The notes under the pieces are model-generated. The model was not told the DNA's origin. It saw only the letters and a list, made by a program, of their open reading frames with translations, and did no database searches. Shown here piece after piece: positions 46,893-56,060 of a stretch of DNA of 58,036 nt. Numbering within the stretch: position 1 is the first letter of the stretch; every line of letters starts with the position of its first letter. The stretch comes from a virus (lineage: Duplodnaviria; Caudoviricetes). The DNA is taken from positions 1-58,036 of the IMG/VR virus record IMGVR_UViG_3300028840_000318, one strand, 5' to 3'. Made by a program: the position numbers and the translations under genes.

Positions 46893-47299
46893 CGTTTCAC
46901 CCCTATTGCATAAAGTATGCGTGTGCTTCCAGGCTTGAGCAATTCAACACCGGTTATGCGCCACCGTGTGTTGACTGCATCTTCAGGGTCAATGACTTCA
47001 TTGAAGTCTTCAACCTTATACCCCACAACGCCCGCCGCTGCAACCAAAAGAATCTGTTCAGAAGTCTTCACCAATTCACTATCTTCTGACATAAAACCAA
47101 GCCCGCTGCCGGAAGGTGGCACAAACACGCCAAAGGCGGCTTCTTCTGCTTCCGGCACTGTGCGGTTGGTGGTGTTGCTGCGCCACGGCTTGTTGACGTC
47201 ACCTGGGGTTTGGCCAAGCTTGACCAACGTGATTGCACGCCCGTTTTCTTCAATCAGGCGCAAGGCCAAGGCGGCAGCTTTTGCATAATCAACGGCCAT
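46889..47299 (-). CDS. Head-closure/head-tail joining protein
   Basis: ALRLIEENGR...LKPG..ILY. Confidence 0.7.
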   Translation of the reverse strand: MAVDYAKAAALALRLIEENGRAITLVKLGQTPGDVNKPWRSNTTNRTVPEAEEAAFGVFVPPSGSGLGFMSEDSELVKTSEQILLVAAAGVVGYKVEDFNEVIDPEDAVNTRWRITGVELLKPGSTRILYAIGVKR

Positions 47300-47301
47300 G
47301 G

Positions 47302-47931
47302 TTAACCCCTTCCAAGGTCACGTGAAATGGTGCTTTCAATCAGTTCTTCAATCAGCATGTCAGCGGCAGGGTATGCCACGATATACAGCCCAGGCACTTG
47401 GCTGTTGCCTTTTGAAGTGAAGTTGCCAGGGGTGTTCAATGACTGACTGACGGGTGAAAAACCAAGTTCTTCTTCAACAGGGCCAACCTTTGACTTCTGC
47501 TTGATTAATTCACCACCCGTGGCAGCGGTTGTGGTGCCGCCTGTGACGGTGTTGTCTTTGGTGGCAAACCCAATGGCAGGGTCAGGCGCTAACGGCCCGT
47601 TAGCAAGCGCACGCAAGGCATATTCAGCACATGCCTGTTGCAGCTTCCTGGGTATAATGTCCACCCCGTCAAAGGCAAAGCCGTCATTGTCATACGCGTC
47701 AAGGCGTGGCCATTCAAGCGCTTGGTCTTTGGCCCGTCTGTAACCCCTGAACAGGTTGCCAAACCGTTTGTCAATATAGTCCGTGGCCCGTATAAGTGCC
47801 GTTTCCTTCACGGCGTCTGCGCCCGTCCAACCAGCATTGCCACGGTCAAGGTGGTATGTATCGGCAAAGGCAACGGCCACATACGCATTGGCGTCACTTT
47901 TTCCGCTTCCGTCTTCAGCAACAAAGGCCAT
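47302..47931 (-). CDS. Head-tail adaptor (DnaT-like family)
   Basis: VAEDGSG..DANAY, ALIRATDYID, QALEWPR, KVGPVE. Confidence 0.8.
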   Translation of the reverse strand: MAFVAEDGSGKSDANAYVAVAFADTYHLDRGNAGWTGADAVKETALIRATDYIDKRFGNLFRGYRRAKDQALEWPRLDAYDNDGFAFDGVDIIPRKLQQACAEYALRALANGPLAPDPAIGFATKDNTVTGGTTTAATGGELIKQKSKVGPVEEELGFSPVSQSLNTPGNFTSKGNSQVPGLYIVAYPAADMLIEELIESTISRDLGRG

Positions 47932-47945
47932 GGTTCAATGCTCCC

Positions 47946-48461
47946 CTATGTATCCAGATAAACGCCATGCACAGTGGCTTCAAACCGGTCAAGGCTTGTC
48001 AGGTCATCAAAGACCGTCATGCAGATTGCATGGTCAGCCTTCAACACCGTTGCAAAGAAGTTGCCTGACAGTGCAAGGCGTGCAGTCAGCACGTTCATTT
48101 TGTCCGTGCGGTCAATGTTCCAATCCATTCCACAAAGGTGCGACCAATCCCAATTCTTTTTGATCTTAATGCCTGCACCAAGGTCACAAACTTGCTTTGT
48201 TGCATCTGCCTGCACGTTCAACGTCAAACCATTTGTCAGACCGCCAACAATGCCACCAAAGTCACCCGCGTCAATGCTCCTGTCAACAACAATGACGTCA
48301 AAAGATAAAAGCAAAAACTGTTTGTGTGGCCCTGGCGTGAAGCTGAAAGGCACGGGCGTCACACTGCCGTCAACGTTTATTGCGTGGTTGTCATCAGCGT
48401 CTTTTATGTAAACGTTGCACAAGTCACGCGGGTCAATTACAATGGGCATGTATTCAGGCAT
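47946..48461 (-). CDS. Hypothetical virion-region protein (paralog B)
   Basis: VDGSVTPV, DFGGI..GLTNG, VFDDLTSL. Confidence 0.75.
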   Translation of the reverse strand: MPEYMPIVIDPRDLCNVYIKDADDNHAINVDGSVTPVPFSFTPGPHKQFLLLSFDVIVVDRSIDAGDFGGIVGGLTNGLTLNVQADATKQVCDLGAGIKIKKNWDWSHLCGMDWNIDRTDKMNVLTARLALSGNFFATVLKADHAICMTVFDDLTSLDRFEATVHGVYLDT

Positions 48462-48473
48462 AACGTCACCCCA

Positions 48474-49010
48474 TCAAAGTGGGTTGTCTTTCACGTCAAG
48501 AAAATAACCCTGCAACATACATTCAGCACTTGGCAAAGATGTTAAATCATCTTGCACAACAGTCTGAATGAATTGCCCTGGCGTCAGTTTGATTGCACGG
48601 CCTGCCTTTGAAAACGTCCAACGCACAGTCACCGCGCCGTCACCACCCTGGGCAGTTGCAAGCGACCAATCCGGCCCTGCAAGCACGCCAAAAATTCTGT
48701 TCTGTTTGATTGCATTGCCGTCAGTCAAATCAACCATGACGCTGCCGTTGGCATCATGCAGCTTCCATGCCATCCCGTTGGTCAAGCCGTTGGCAATGTC
48801 ACCAAAGTCACTGCCAATTGGCGTGGTCAGGGTACATAGGTTGATTAATATGCGGCTCAAATACGTGTTGCGGTTTGGCGGGCATGTGAAGCGGTAATTG
48901 ACAGGCGTGACACTGCCGTTGACTGCCATGTCAAACGCATCATTGTCAGGGTTGCGCATGTATCGGTACAAGACGCCACGCCCTGTTGCAAATTGCTTGT
49001 TGCTTCCCAT
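48474..49010 (-). CDS. Hypothetical virion-region protein (paralog A)
   Basis: VNGSVTPV, DFGDI..GLTNG, VQDDLTSL. Confidence 0.75.
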   Translation of the reverse strand: MGSNKQFATGRGVLYRYMRNPDNDAFDMAVNGSVTPVNYRFTCPPNRNTYLSRILINLCTLTTPIGSDFGDIANGLTNGMAWKLHDANGSVMVDLTDGNAIKQNRIFGVLAGPDWSLATAQGGDGAVTVRWTFSKAGRAIKLTPGQFIQTVVQDDLTSLPSAECMLQGYFLDVKDNPL

Positions 49011-49066
49011 GTCACTGGCTCCTTGGAAGGGTGCCGCCCGTGAAGGCGGCACCCGTTCCGGTTAGG

Positions 49067-49240
49067 TTACCGCAACGTGGCGGCTGTGCGGGTTGCTCTG
49101 AACAGGCGCTTGGCACCACCCCATTGGGAGCCCTGGCGCTTGGCACGCGTGGTGACGTTCTTGTTGCCACCGGTTGCCGGTCTGCTATTGCTGGCCACAC
49201 GCATGAAATGCTTGGCCTTGGTGGTTGTGGTCTTTGTCAT
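49067..49240 (-). CDS. Small very basic protein
   Basis: AAGGAG RBS; K/R/T-rich with no acidic residues. Confidence 0.5.
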   Translation of the reverse strand: MTKTTTTKAKHFMRVASNSRPATGGNKNVTTRAKRQGSQWGGAKRLFRATRTAATLR

Positions 49241-49295
49241 GGCTTTCACTCCTTGGTTGGTTGGTTATTGAGCCCAGGGGTGGCAGCTTTGCCGG

Positions 49296-49955
49296 TTAAT
49301 CAACGGCAGGCTTGTTGGCCTGGGCCATTTCACGGTTCCAATTTGGCAATTCAGCTTCAACCTGCTTGCGCGTAATGTCCGTTGAACCATAAGCGGCTTC
49401 AACAGCGGCCATGGCAGGCAGGCCCGCGCCGGTCCAATGCTCGTCATTGTCAGGGTCAAGTGACATGACGGCCTTGGCCAGTTTGGTCAACGTCTGCGCC
49501 GCGTCTTGCCCTTGCGCCTGCGTGCCGTCATCCGGCCTGGGGTCCGGTAATCCGTTCCCACTGGCGTCAGGTTCCGTCTGCCCTGGCGCACCCGCGTCAT
49601 CTGTGCCGCTGACTTGGGCGTCTTCCGTGGCAGGCCCTTCCCCAACCGGCTGAAGGTTGCTTGCATCTTCACTTGGCGGGTCCGGCTGTTCTTCATCGGT
49701 TTCAATATCACTGACGCCATGGCCGTTCTCCTTTGCACAATAGGCTTCCCAGGCGGCACGGGCTTCTTCCAATTCAATGCTGCCCTGTGGATATGCTTGA
49801 TAACAGCGGGCCATGTACGTGAACAGGTGCCGCAAGCTTTCAGGTTCACCCTGCACCACGCACACGCCTTGGTCAAAAAAGTGACCGTTCAACGTCACGG
49901 TCTTGCCCGTGTAAGGTCCGGTTAGAATCAATCTGACTTCTACAAATTTCGGCAT
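49296..49955 (-). CDS. Hypothetical head-region protein
   Basis: Acidic linker; LDPDNDEHWT..GLP C-terminal domain. Confidence 0.75.
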   Translation of the reverse strand: MPKFVEVRLILTGPYTGKTVTLNGHFFDQGVCVVQGEPESLRHLFTYMARCYQAYPQGSIELEEARAAWEAYCAKENGHGVSDIETDEEQPDPPSEDASNLQPVGEGPATEDAQVSGTDDAGAPGQTEPDASGNGLPDPRPDDGTQAQGQDAAQTLTKLAKAVMSLDPDNDEHWTGAGLPAMAAVEAAYGSTDITRKQVEAELPNWNREMAQANKPAVD

Positions 49956-49996
49956 TTTAATTGCTCCCCTTTGAAGGTTTCTATGTCAACCGGCAA

Positions 49997-50563
49997 TTAA
50001 CCGGTCACGGCGGCTGTTACATTGGCAATGACGTTGGCAGGCACCAGGGCAACGGACAAAGCTGCACCCGCCGCGCCTTCATCAGTAATGGTGCCAATGA
50101 ATGTGGGAATGGGTTGCGGGTCAGCATAGGTGACCGGCGGCAGCATTTCAACGCTGACCTTCTTGTCACCAAGGGCGTCACCGGCAGCGGCAATGGTCAG
50201 GTTGGGTGTTGCATAGGCTGCACCTGCAATCTGACTGTCAGCGTTCAGGGCAATGACCATGGCGTCACCAAGGTCATCAACAGTGTCAGCAACACCACCC
50301 GTGACAGTGACGTCAATGGGCGTTGGTGCGTCATGGACAACCACACGCAAGCGCCAACCTTCCATGTCAGCGTCAGCCACAATTTCAGTCACCGTGGTCA
50401 AGGCGCTTGCAGCAAGTTGCGCGTTGACGTCACCCTGCACGTATGAAGCTGCAATGGCCCTTGCGTCAGCGGCATTGGCTGCAAACACAACAAAGGCGTC
50501 TTTGCCGTTAAGAAGGTTTTTGGCGGGTGTTTCTTTTGATAGTTGGACTAAATAAGCAGGCAT
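49997..50563 (-). CDS. Virion structural/decoration protein
   Basis: Ala/Val/Thr-rich; follows the major capsid gene. Confidence 0.7.
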   Translation of the reverse strand: MPAYLVQLSKETPAKNLLNGKDAFVVFAANAADARAIAASYVQGDVNAQLAASALTTVTEIVADADMEGWRLRVVVHDAPTPIDVTVTGGVADTVDDLGDAMVIALNADSQIAGAAYATPNLTIAAAGDALGDKKVSVEMLPPVTYADPQPIPTFIGTITDEGAAGAALSVALVPANVIANVTAAVTG

Positions 50564-50717
50564 GTTGCACGCTCCTTTTTAGGTGGTAAGAAGCGTTTCA
50601 ATGGGCAGGGGTGGTGCAGGGCCAACCGTTGAAATGGTTACGGGTCAGCGCATGGCCACAACCCCGTTGCCACCTGCCCAGGTGGGCAGGTGGCCATGAC
50701 CATCAAAACGGGGTTGG

Positions 50718-51683
50718 TTAGTCAAGGATACCATCGGCATATGCAACGCCCTTTTCACTGAACAGGGCAAGACCGGAATACCACTTGACACGCCAAATGT
50801 GTTCATCTTTGGTTTCACTTTCACCAACGTCAACCACCACAATGCCGCTTTCTTCTTCAGCGGTCAGACCGGCAATCCCGTGCTGACGGCTTCCGTCATC
50901 AAAGGTGCCTGCAAAAATGGTGGTGGTGCTGGTGCCGGTTCCCTTGGTCTGATTGGTTGGAATGTAATCATTGCGGAAGATCGGAATACCGGCATAGCTT
51001 GGCACTTCCGCGCCTGAAGGCAATTCAACCACTTCCATGATTGCAGCGCCGCCCAGGCCACGCAACAGCTTCCTGTATGCGCGAATTGTGCGGGCGTGCA
51101 TGGTGTAATAATCAACCATGCCGTCTTTGTCCACAACAAGGTCAGACAATTCATCCAGAATGTCAAAAGACAAGGCACTGCCGTTGACGCCCGTGGTGGC
51201 CTGTTCAACGGCCAGGGAAAGCAGGCCAGGAAACGTGTGGTTGGTGCCGTCACCATTAATCAGCATATCCTGATATTTCCGGCCCGCACTTTTGGCCTTG
51301 CTGGCAATCTGAATGGCGGTTTGGTCATTCCCGTCACTTGAACGGGTGGCCTGAATCAAGCCGTTGACTTCCGCGTCACCCAAAATGGTGGTCAGGCTTG
51401 ACGTCACCTGGGTGAAGGTTGCAGCGTTCTTGGCGGCTTGGCGTTCCGCTTGGTTGGTGCCTGCCGTGGCACCCGCGCCAATGACGCCTTCAGTGTCACC
51501 AACACCAACAGTGGCCACAGGGCCAAGGGCGTTTTCACGGTTGTATGCCAGGGCGTTGCCGCTGATACCATCAAACGGCAGCACTTCAAACATACGGTTG
51601 ACAGTAATGATGTTCTCAATAACACCGGCAATCAGTTCATTTTGGGCAAGTTTGGCACTTTCGGCCAAGGTTACGGTAGGCAT
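50718..51683 (-). CDS. Major capsid protein
   Basis: MPTVTLAESAKL, LAYNRE, GIPIFRND, WRVKWY; follows the scaffold. Confidence 0.9.
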   Translation of the reverse strand: MPTVTLAESAKLAQNELIAGVIENIITVNRMFEVLPFDGISGNALAYNRENALGPVATVGVGDTEGVIGAGATAGTNQAERQAAKNAATFTQVTSSLTTILGDAEVNGLIQATRSSDGNDQTAIQIASKAKSAGRKYQDMLINGDGTNHTFPGLLSLAVEQATTGVNGSALSFDILDELSDLVVDKDGMVDYYTMHARTIRAYRKLLRGLGGAAIMEVVELPSGAEVPSYAGIPIFRNDYIPTNQTKGTGTSTTTIFAGTFDDGSRQHGIAGLTAEEESGIVVVDVGESETKDEHIWRVKWYSGLALFSEKGVAYADGILD

Positions 51684-51889
51684 AAGAAACCCCCTGAAAA
51701 ATGTGAAGTTATTGGTGACCGCATCACGCGGAAGGTTTTAAATTCCGTTGACGCCTTGGCCGTTTCACACTTTCAAGGGGTCTTGGCACTGCAAAAGCTT
51801 GATATTGGTTGATAAACGCGCCGCATCACGCGCCGCTTGTTAGTTACGTGACCAATTGGTTAACACGCAAAAACAAAAAGTGCAAGCCC

Positions 51890-52678
51890 TTATTTGCGGG
51901 CGTGCTGGCCTTTGCTCAAGCCTGCACTAATCTTCTGCACGCTTGTCAATTCTTTTCCAGGCGTCTGCATGGTCTTCCTGGCTCCTGGCTTGAAGCCTGG
52001 GCCACTTGGCGTTTCACTTTCAAACAGCTTGCCATACTTTTCTTGGCCCTTCATTTCGGCAACCAATTCTTTGATTGTCATTGGCACGCCTGTGGTGCCG
52101 GAATAACGGCGTTCATTGTCACTGTCAACAACAAACACCTTGAATTTTCCATCTTCTTCAACAGGTGCCACCTGCTTCTTGATAAACGGCATAAGCAATT
52201 CAACGTCACCCTTTTCAGCGGCAATGGCTGACGTGGCGGCTGTTTCCACCATCATGCCATATAACTGACCGGTCAACGCTTCAATGCGCGTGTCTTTGCT
52301 TTTCAGGTCATTGGCGTGTGCCTTGGCCAAGTCTTCCTTGATCTTGTCAAGATTCAGCTTGGCACCTTCACCCTTGGCAAGTTCATCTTCAAATGTCTTC
52401 ACCTTGTCTGCAACTGCCTGGGCAATTTCTTCCGGCGTGCTGCCATAGTCTGACAACGGCGTCAAATCCACCTGCCCTGACTTCAGGGTCTTGACTTCAC
52501 CCCTTGACTTATTCAGGGCTTCATTCAGCCTGACCACGGCGGCAACGGCGCTTTGCACGCCCGCGTCATCTGACTTCAAACTGTACTTGCCGTCAGCTTC
52601 CGTGTACAAGCCACGGAAGTCTTGCGGCACTGATTCAATACTGTCAACGGTCTGATTGGTTGCAAAATCAAATTTCAT
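51890..52678 (-). CDS. Capsid scaffolding protein
   Basis: Charged coiled coil; C-terminal KISAGL; precedes the major capsid gene. Confidence 0.75.
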   Translation of the reverse strand: MKFDFATNQTVDSIESVPQDFRGLYTEADGKYSLKSDDAGVQSAVAAVVRLNEALNKSRGEVKTLKSGQVDLTPLSDYGSTPEEIAQAVADKVKTFEDELAKGEGAKLNLDKIKEDLAKAHANDLKSKDTRIEALTGQLYGMMVETAATSAIAAEKGDVELLMPFIKKQVAPVEEDGKFKVFVVDSDNERRYSGTTGVPMTIKELVAEMKGQEKYGKLFESETPSGPGFKPGARKTMQTPGKELTSVQKISAGLSKGQHARK

Positions 52679-52836
52679 TTTTCAATTCCTTCCATGCGTT
52701 TGAATCACTCAAAATGTTAAAAAGTCACTTTTCAACAAGTTGCACGGTTTTCCATGCTCCCCATAAGTTAAAAAGTTCCGGCGTGATATGTTCACCATGC
52801 ACCAAGCACGGGTTGTTGTATCCAATGACTTTATTA

Positions 52837-54117
52837 TTAGAATTCACCAGGGTCAAGCCCTGCATTTATAAAAGCGTCAGGTTTGGTCTTGGCCAACTGT
52901 GCAAGCGTCAGTTCTTCACCACGGCGGTCAATGAATTTGTCAAGGGTCAAGCCACCCTTCCTGAACAGCTTGGCCTTGGTCACGCCCAACACTTCAGCCT
53001 GAAAGTCTGCCGGTTGTCTGCGCATCCAATCATCATATGTCACGTCCGGCGGCACTTGGCCAATGTTACGTGTTGCCCAATTCTTGCGGTTCTTGGCAAT
53101 TATCCCGTCACGCTGCCCAGGTGAAAGCTTGCGCCATTCCTTCATGCCGCCAACTTCTGCAATGGCTTCTTGCCTGAAATTCTTTTCACGTTCACCACGG
53201 CGTTGCGCTGACCGGACAAAGGGCCTTGCACCTGCTTTGTTCATAACACCGGCAGGGTCAAACACCGCCACCATGACTGACCGGCAATTTGGGTGCGCGG
53301 GTGGCCTTGCCCCAGGTGGTGAAAGCTTGGGTGAAAGGTTCCTTGGCAGGGGTTTGGAGCCCACAGGGGCAAAAGCGCCGTCACGGCCACGGCAGGTGGC
53401 ACTTGTGCGCCCGTCAAGCGTGGCGTTCCACTTCAGGGCTTCAATTATGTCTTGGTTGGCAACAAAGGTGGCTTCACGTGCCTTGTTGCTGACAAAGTTG
53501 AAGAAGGTGCGCGTGATTGCTTCAGCATTGCGGGCAGTCAGGGCCATAACACCGTTTGTGTATCCGGCGCTTGCAGTTCCGGCAACCCTGGCCATGGCCT
53601 GCGTGACACTTTCACCTTGAACAGTGGAAAGCTGCAACGCTTCAATCAACCTGTTTTGGTCTGCCGTGGCCAAGCCTTCAAACCACTGTTGCAAGTTGCG
53701 TGCCGCGTTGGCACCACCTGCAAAGGGCGTGCTGGCCAATGACGCATGAAGCTGTTCAAGGTTGACCGTGGCAAAGTCAATGTTGATTGGCAGCGCCGCC
53801 TTCATCATGCGCGTTTCAAAGTCAACTTCAAGGTCACTGAAGGCGTTGCCCTGGGCTTTGGTTCCTTTGAAAAGCTTTTGCCACAATTCCTTGCGGGCAA
53901 CCTTTATGTCATCAACAAGAAGCTTCCAACGTGCGCTTCTGTAATCAATCGGGCCGTCACCCAGGGCTTCAAGCCTTGCACGCAATTTGACGCGCAAGTC
54001 ACGGTCAGCCTTTTCAATCAAGGCCAAGGCACGCTTGACTTCACCGGAAGTGAAGCGCCGCACGCCCATTTGGTGCCGCAACTGCGCGTCAAAATATTCC
54101 TGATTGGCATTGGCCAT
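52837..54117 (-). CDS. Head morphogenesis protein (SPP1 gp7/Mu F-like)
   Basis: WNATLDGRTSATC, PPAHPNCRS. Confidence 0.9.
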   Translation of the reverse strand: MANANQEYFDAQLRHQMGVRRFTSGEVKRALALIEKADRDLRVKLRARLEALGDGPIDYRSARWKLLVDDIKVARKELWQKLFKGTKAQGNAFSDLEVDFETRMMKAALPINIDFATVNLEQLHASLASTPFAGGANAARNLQQWFEGLATADQNRLIEALQLSTVQGESVTQAMARVAGTASAGYTNGVMALTARNAEAITRTFFNFVSNKAREATFVANQDIIEALKWNATLDGRTSATCRGRDGAFAPVGSKPLPRNLSPKLSPPGARPPAHPNCRSVMVAVFDPAGVMNKAGARPFVRSAQRRGEREKNFRQEAIAEVGGMKEWRKLSPGQRDGIIAKNRKNWATRNIGQVPPDVTYDDWMRRQPADFQAEVLGVTKAKLFRKGGLTLDKFIDRRGEELTLAQLAKTKPDAFINAGLDPGEF

Positions 54118-54119
54118 GA

Positions 54120-54578
54120 CTATTCACCAAGCCCTGCCGCAAGCCCTTTGCATACGTTCACCGCACCCGTCTTGAAGGCACCAAGTTCAAAGCCGTCCAT
54201 GGCCGTGGCCGTGTTGGTAACAAAGTCAAGGTTGACGCCAAGCCGTTTGGCCTGTTGCACAAGAAAAGCTTGGGTGACTTCCTTCTGTGCGGGCGTCATG
54301 TTGTCAAAGTGGTCTTCAACCAACTGTTCTGTGATATAGTTCAGCACAGCATCTTCTGACTGAAGCAACACAATGGCCTTGCAACCCTTCTGCATCTTTT
54401 CTGCACTTGCAGGCCGTTGCCATGCGTACATCATGCCCGCCATTTGCAGTGTTGCAGGGTCATTCATAATGTCTTCAATGACCACCACGTCAGGCTTCTG
54501 CACGTCACCACCGGTTGAACAGGCCACGGTCAAAACCGCGCCAAGAATGACCAAAATTAAAAAGCATGTGAATTTCAT
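54120..54578 (-). CDS. Putative lipoprotein
   Basis: Hydrophobic signal ending LTVA-C-ST. Confidence 0.65.
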   Translation of the reverse strand: MKFTCFLILVILGAVLTVACSTGGDVQKPDVVVIEDIMNDPATLQMAGMMYAWQRPASAEKMQKGCKAIVLLQSEDAVLNYITEQLVEDHFDNMTPAQKEVTQAFLVQQAKRLGVNLDFVTNTATAMDGFELGAFKTGAVNVCKGLAAGLGE

Positions 54579-54603
54579 GGGCTCCCCTTTTCAGTGTGTG
54601 GTA

Positions 54604-56058
54604 TTATTCATCATCTTCAGTGCCGCCTTCACCGTCATCTAATTCAACGGCGGGCGCACCTGAAAGCGTCAGCGCTTCCTGTTCAATGTTGCCAAGTTCT
54701 TCATCAATGTCAAAGTCTTCCGGCAGCACGTCACGGCGCTTCAGTTCTGACAAGTATGTCTTGCGTGATATGTCACGGTTCTTGCGGGCTTCCGTCAACG
54801 GCTTCAACCCTTCCATTTCATCTGATTCAGGGCCAAAGTCATTGTGAATCTGAACACCGCCAGTGAATTCCTTGGCCAACCATTCAGCGGTCATGGCCAG
54901 GGCAGTGTTGACGGAATCTTGAAAACGGTTGGTTGCGTCTTGAAGCGGGCTTGTGGCTTCCGCTGCATCCAGCACACGGCCCGTGGCCGTTTCACCTGAC
55001 ACACGCTTTTTCATGTAGTCAGCGCCATAACGGGCCATCTGTTCTTCAAGGTCTTTCATGTCATCACGCCCTGACTTCAGGGCCATGCCCTTATGCTCCA
55101 CATAGTAAAACTTGCTTTGCGGGTCAGGGCTATACAGCCATTTACGCGGGCCAACCGTCAGTTTGTTCTTTTCATCCACGCCACCTGACAAGGCCAGGAT
55201 TGGAAAGCGGGCCACGGTCAGTGTTGCGCGTTGGTCACTGCTTGACTGCCAATGTGTTATGTTCAGGTCTGCAAGGTCATCCAAAGGCGGCTTGCCAAGC
55301 ATAAGGTCTTGGCGGTCTGCATAGAAGGTGACAAAGGGAATGAAGCCAAGGTCATACGTTTCTGTTGATTCAAGTTGCCAAACGTCCTTGCCGCCACGCT
55401 TGCGCTTGGCCTTCTTGTATGTGTCCACCTGCCCAGGGGTCAACACTCTAATCTTGGGCGTGATAACTTCCGCAAAGCCGTCAAGTTCAACCACGTGGTC
55501 AAGTATGCGCACCTGTGTCAACATTTCTTGGCCGTTGACCATTTCTGACGCCATGAAAAGCACGCGTTCCGGTTCTATCTGTATCCAGTATGGGCGCAAG
55601 TTTTCTTTGCGGTCATCATCCAGGGTGCGGGCCTTGCCGTCTGCCCTGGCCATTGCTTTTGGGAAGTCAATCAAGACGTGTGAAAAGGCTTTTGCAATGC
55701 CTGACTTGAACCAGTTGCGGGCAAAGACGTCAATGTTGTTGCCCTGCAAGTCAAGGTCATCAAACAGGTTGACAAGTTCAGGCGTTGTGTCATCCAAAAT
55801 GGTGATTGGTTCACTGAAGGGCTTGCCAACCCATGTGTTCAACGTCAGTTCAGTGGCGTTGAACAGGGTGGTGGCTGCAAGGCGTTCATCATACGTGGCG
55901 TTGGCTTCATTGTCATGCTGTGGAAGGTAATCAACGCCCGCCGCACGCATGGTTTCAGTGCCACCAAGCAAGGCGTCAATTTTTGACCACCTGGGTGCCA
56001 TAATGTCATAATTGAAGGAAGTGGTTGCCGGACTATTAGCGTCTTTTTTGTTGGCCAT
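54604..56058 (-). CDS. Portal protein (DUF4055-like)
   Basis: GGTETMR...YLPQ..E....Y..RL, PPLDDLA.LN..HWQS.SD; follows TerL. Confidence 0.9.
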   Translation of the reverse strand: MANKKDANSPATTSFNYDIMAPRWSKIDALLGGTETMRAAGVDYLPQHDNEANATYDERLAATTLFNATELTLNTWVGKPFSEPITILDDTTPELVNLFDDLDLQGNNIDVFARNWFKSGIAKAFSHVLIDFPKAMARADGKARTLDDDRKENLRPYWIQIEPERVLFMASEMVNGQEMLTQVRILDHVVELDGFAEVITPKIRVLTPGQVDTYKKAKRKRGGKDVWQLESTETYDLGFIPFVTFYADRQDLMLGKPPLDDLADLNITHWQSSSDQRATLTVARFPILALSGGVDEKNKLTVGPRKWLYSPDPQSKFYYVEHKGMALKSGRDDMKDLEEQMARYGADYMKKRVSGETATGRVLDAAEATSPLQDATNRFQDSVNTALAMTAEWLAKEFTGGVQIHNDFGPESDEMEGLKPLTEARKNRDISRKTYLSELKRRDVLPEDFDIDEELGNIEQEALTLSGAPAVELDDGEGGTEDDE

Positions 56059-56060
56059 GG

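Noticed and set aside
50669-50694. Hairpin after the major capsid gene as an intrinsic terminator
   Set aside because: Strong stem but no U-tract on the coding strand; more likely a stability element
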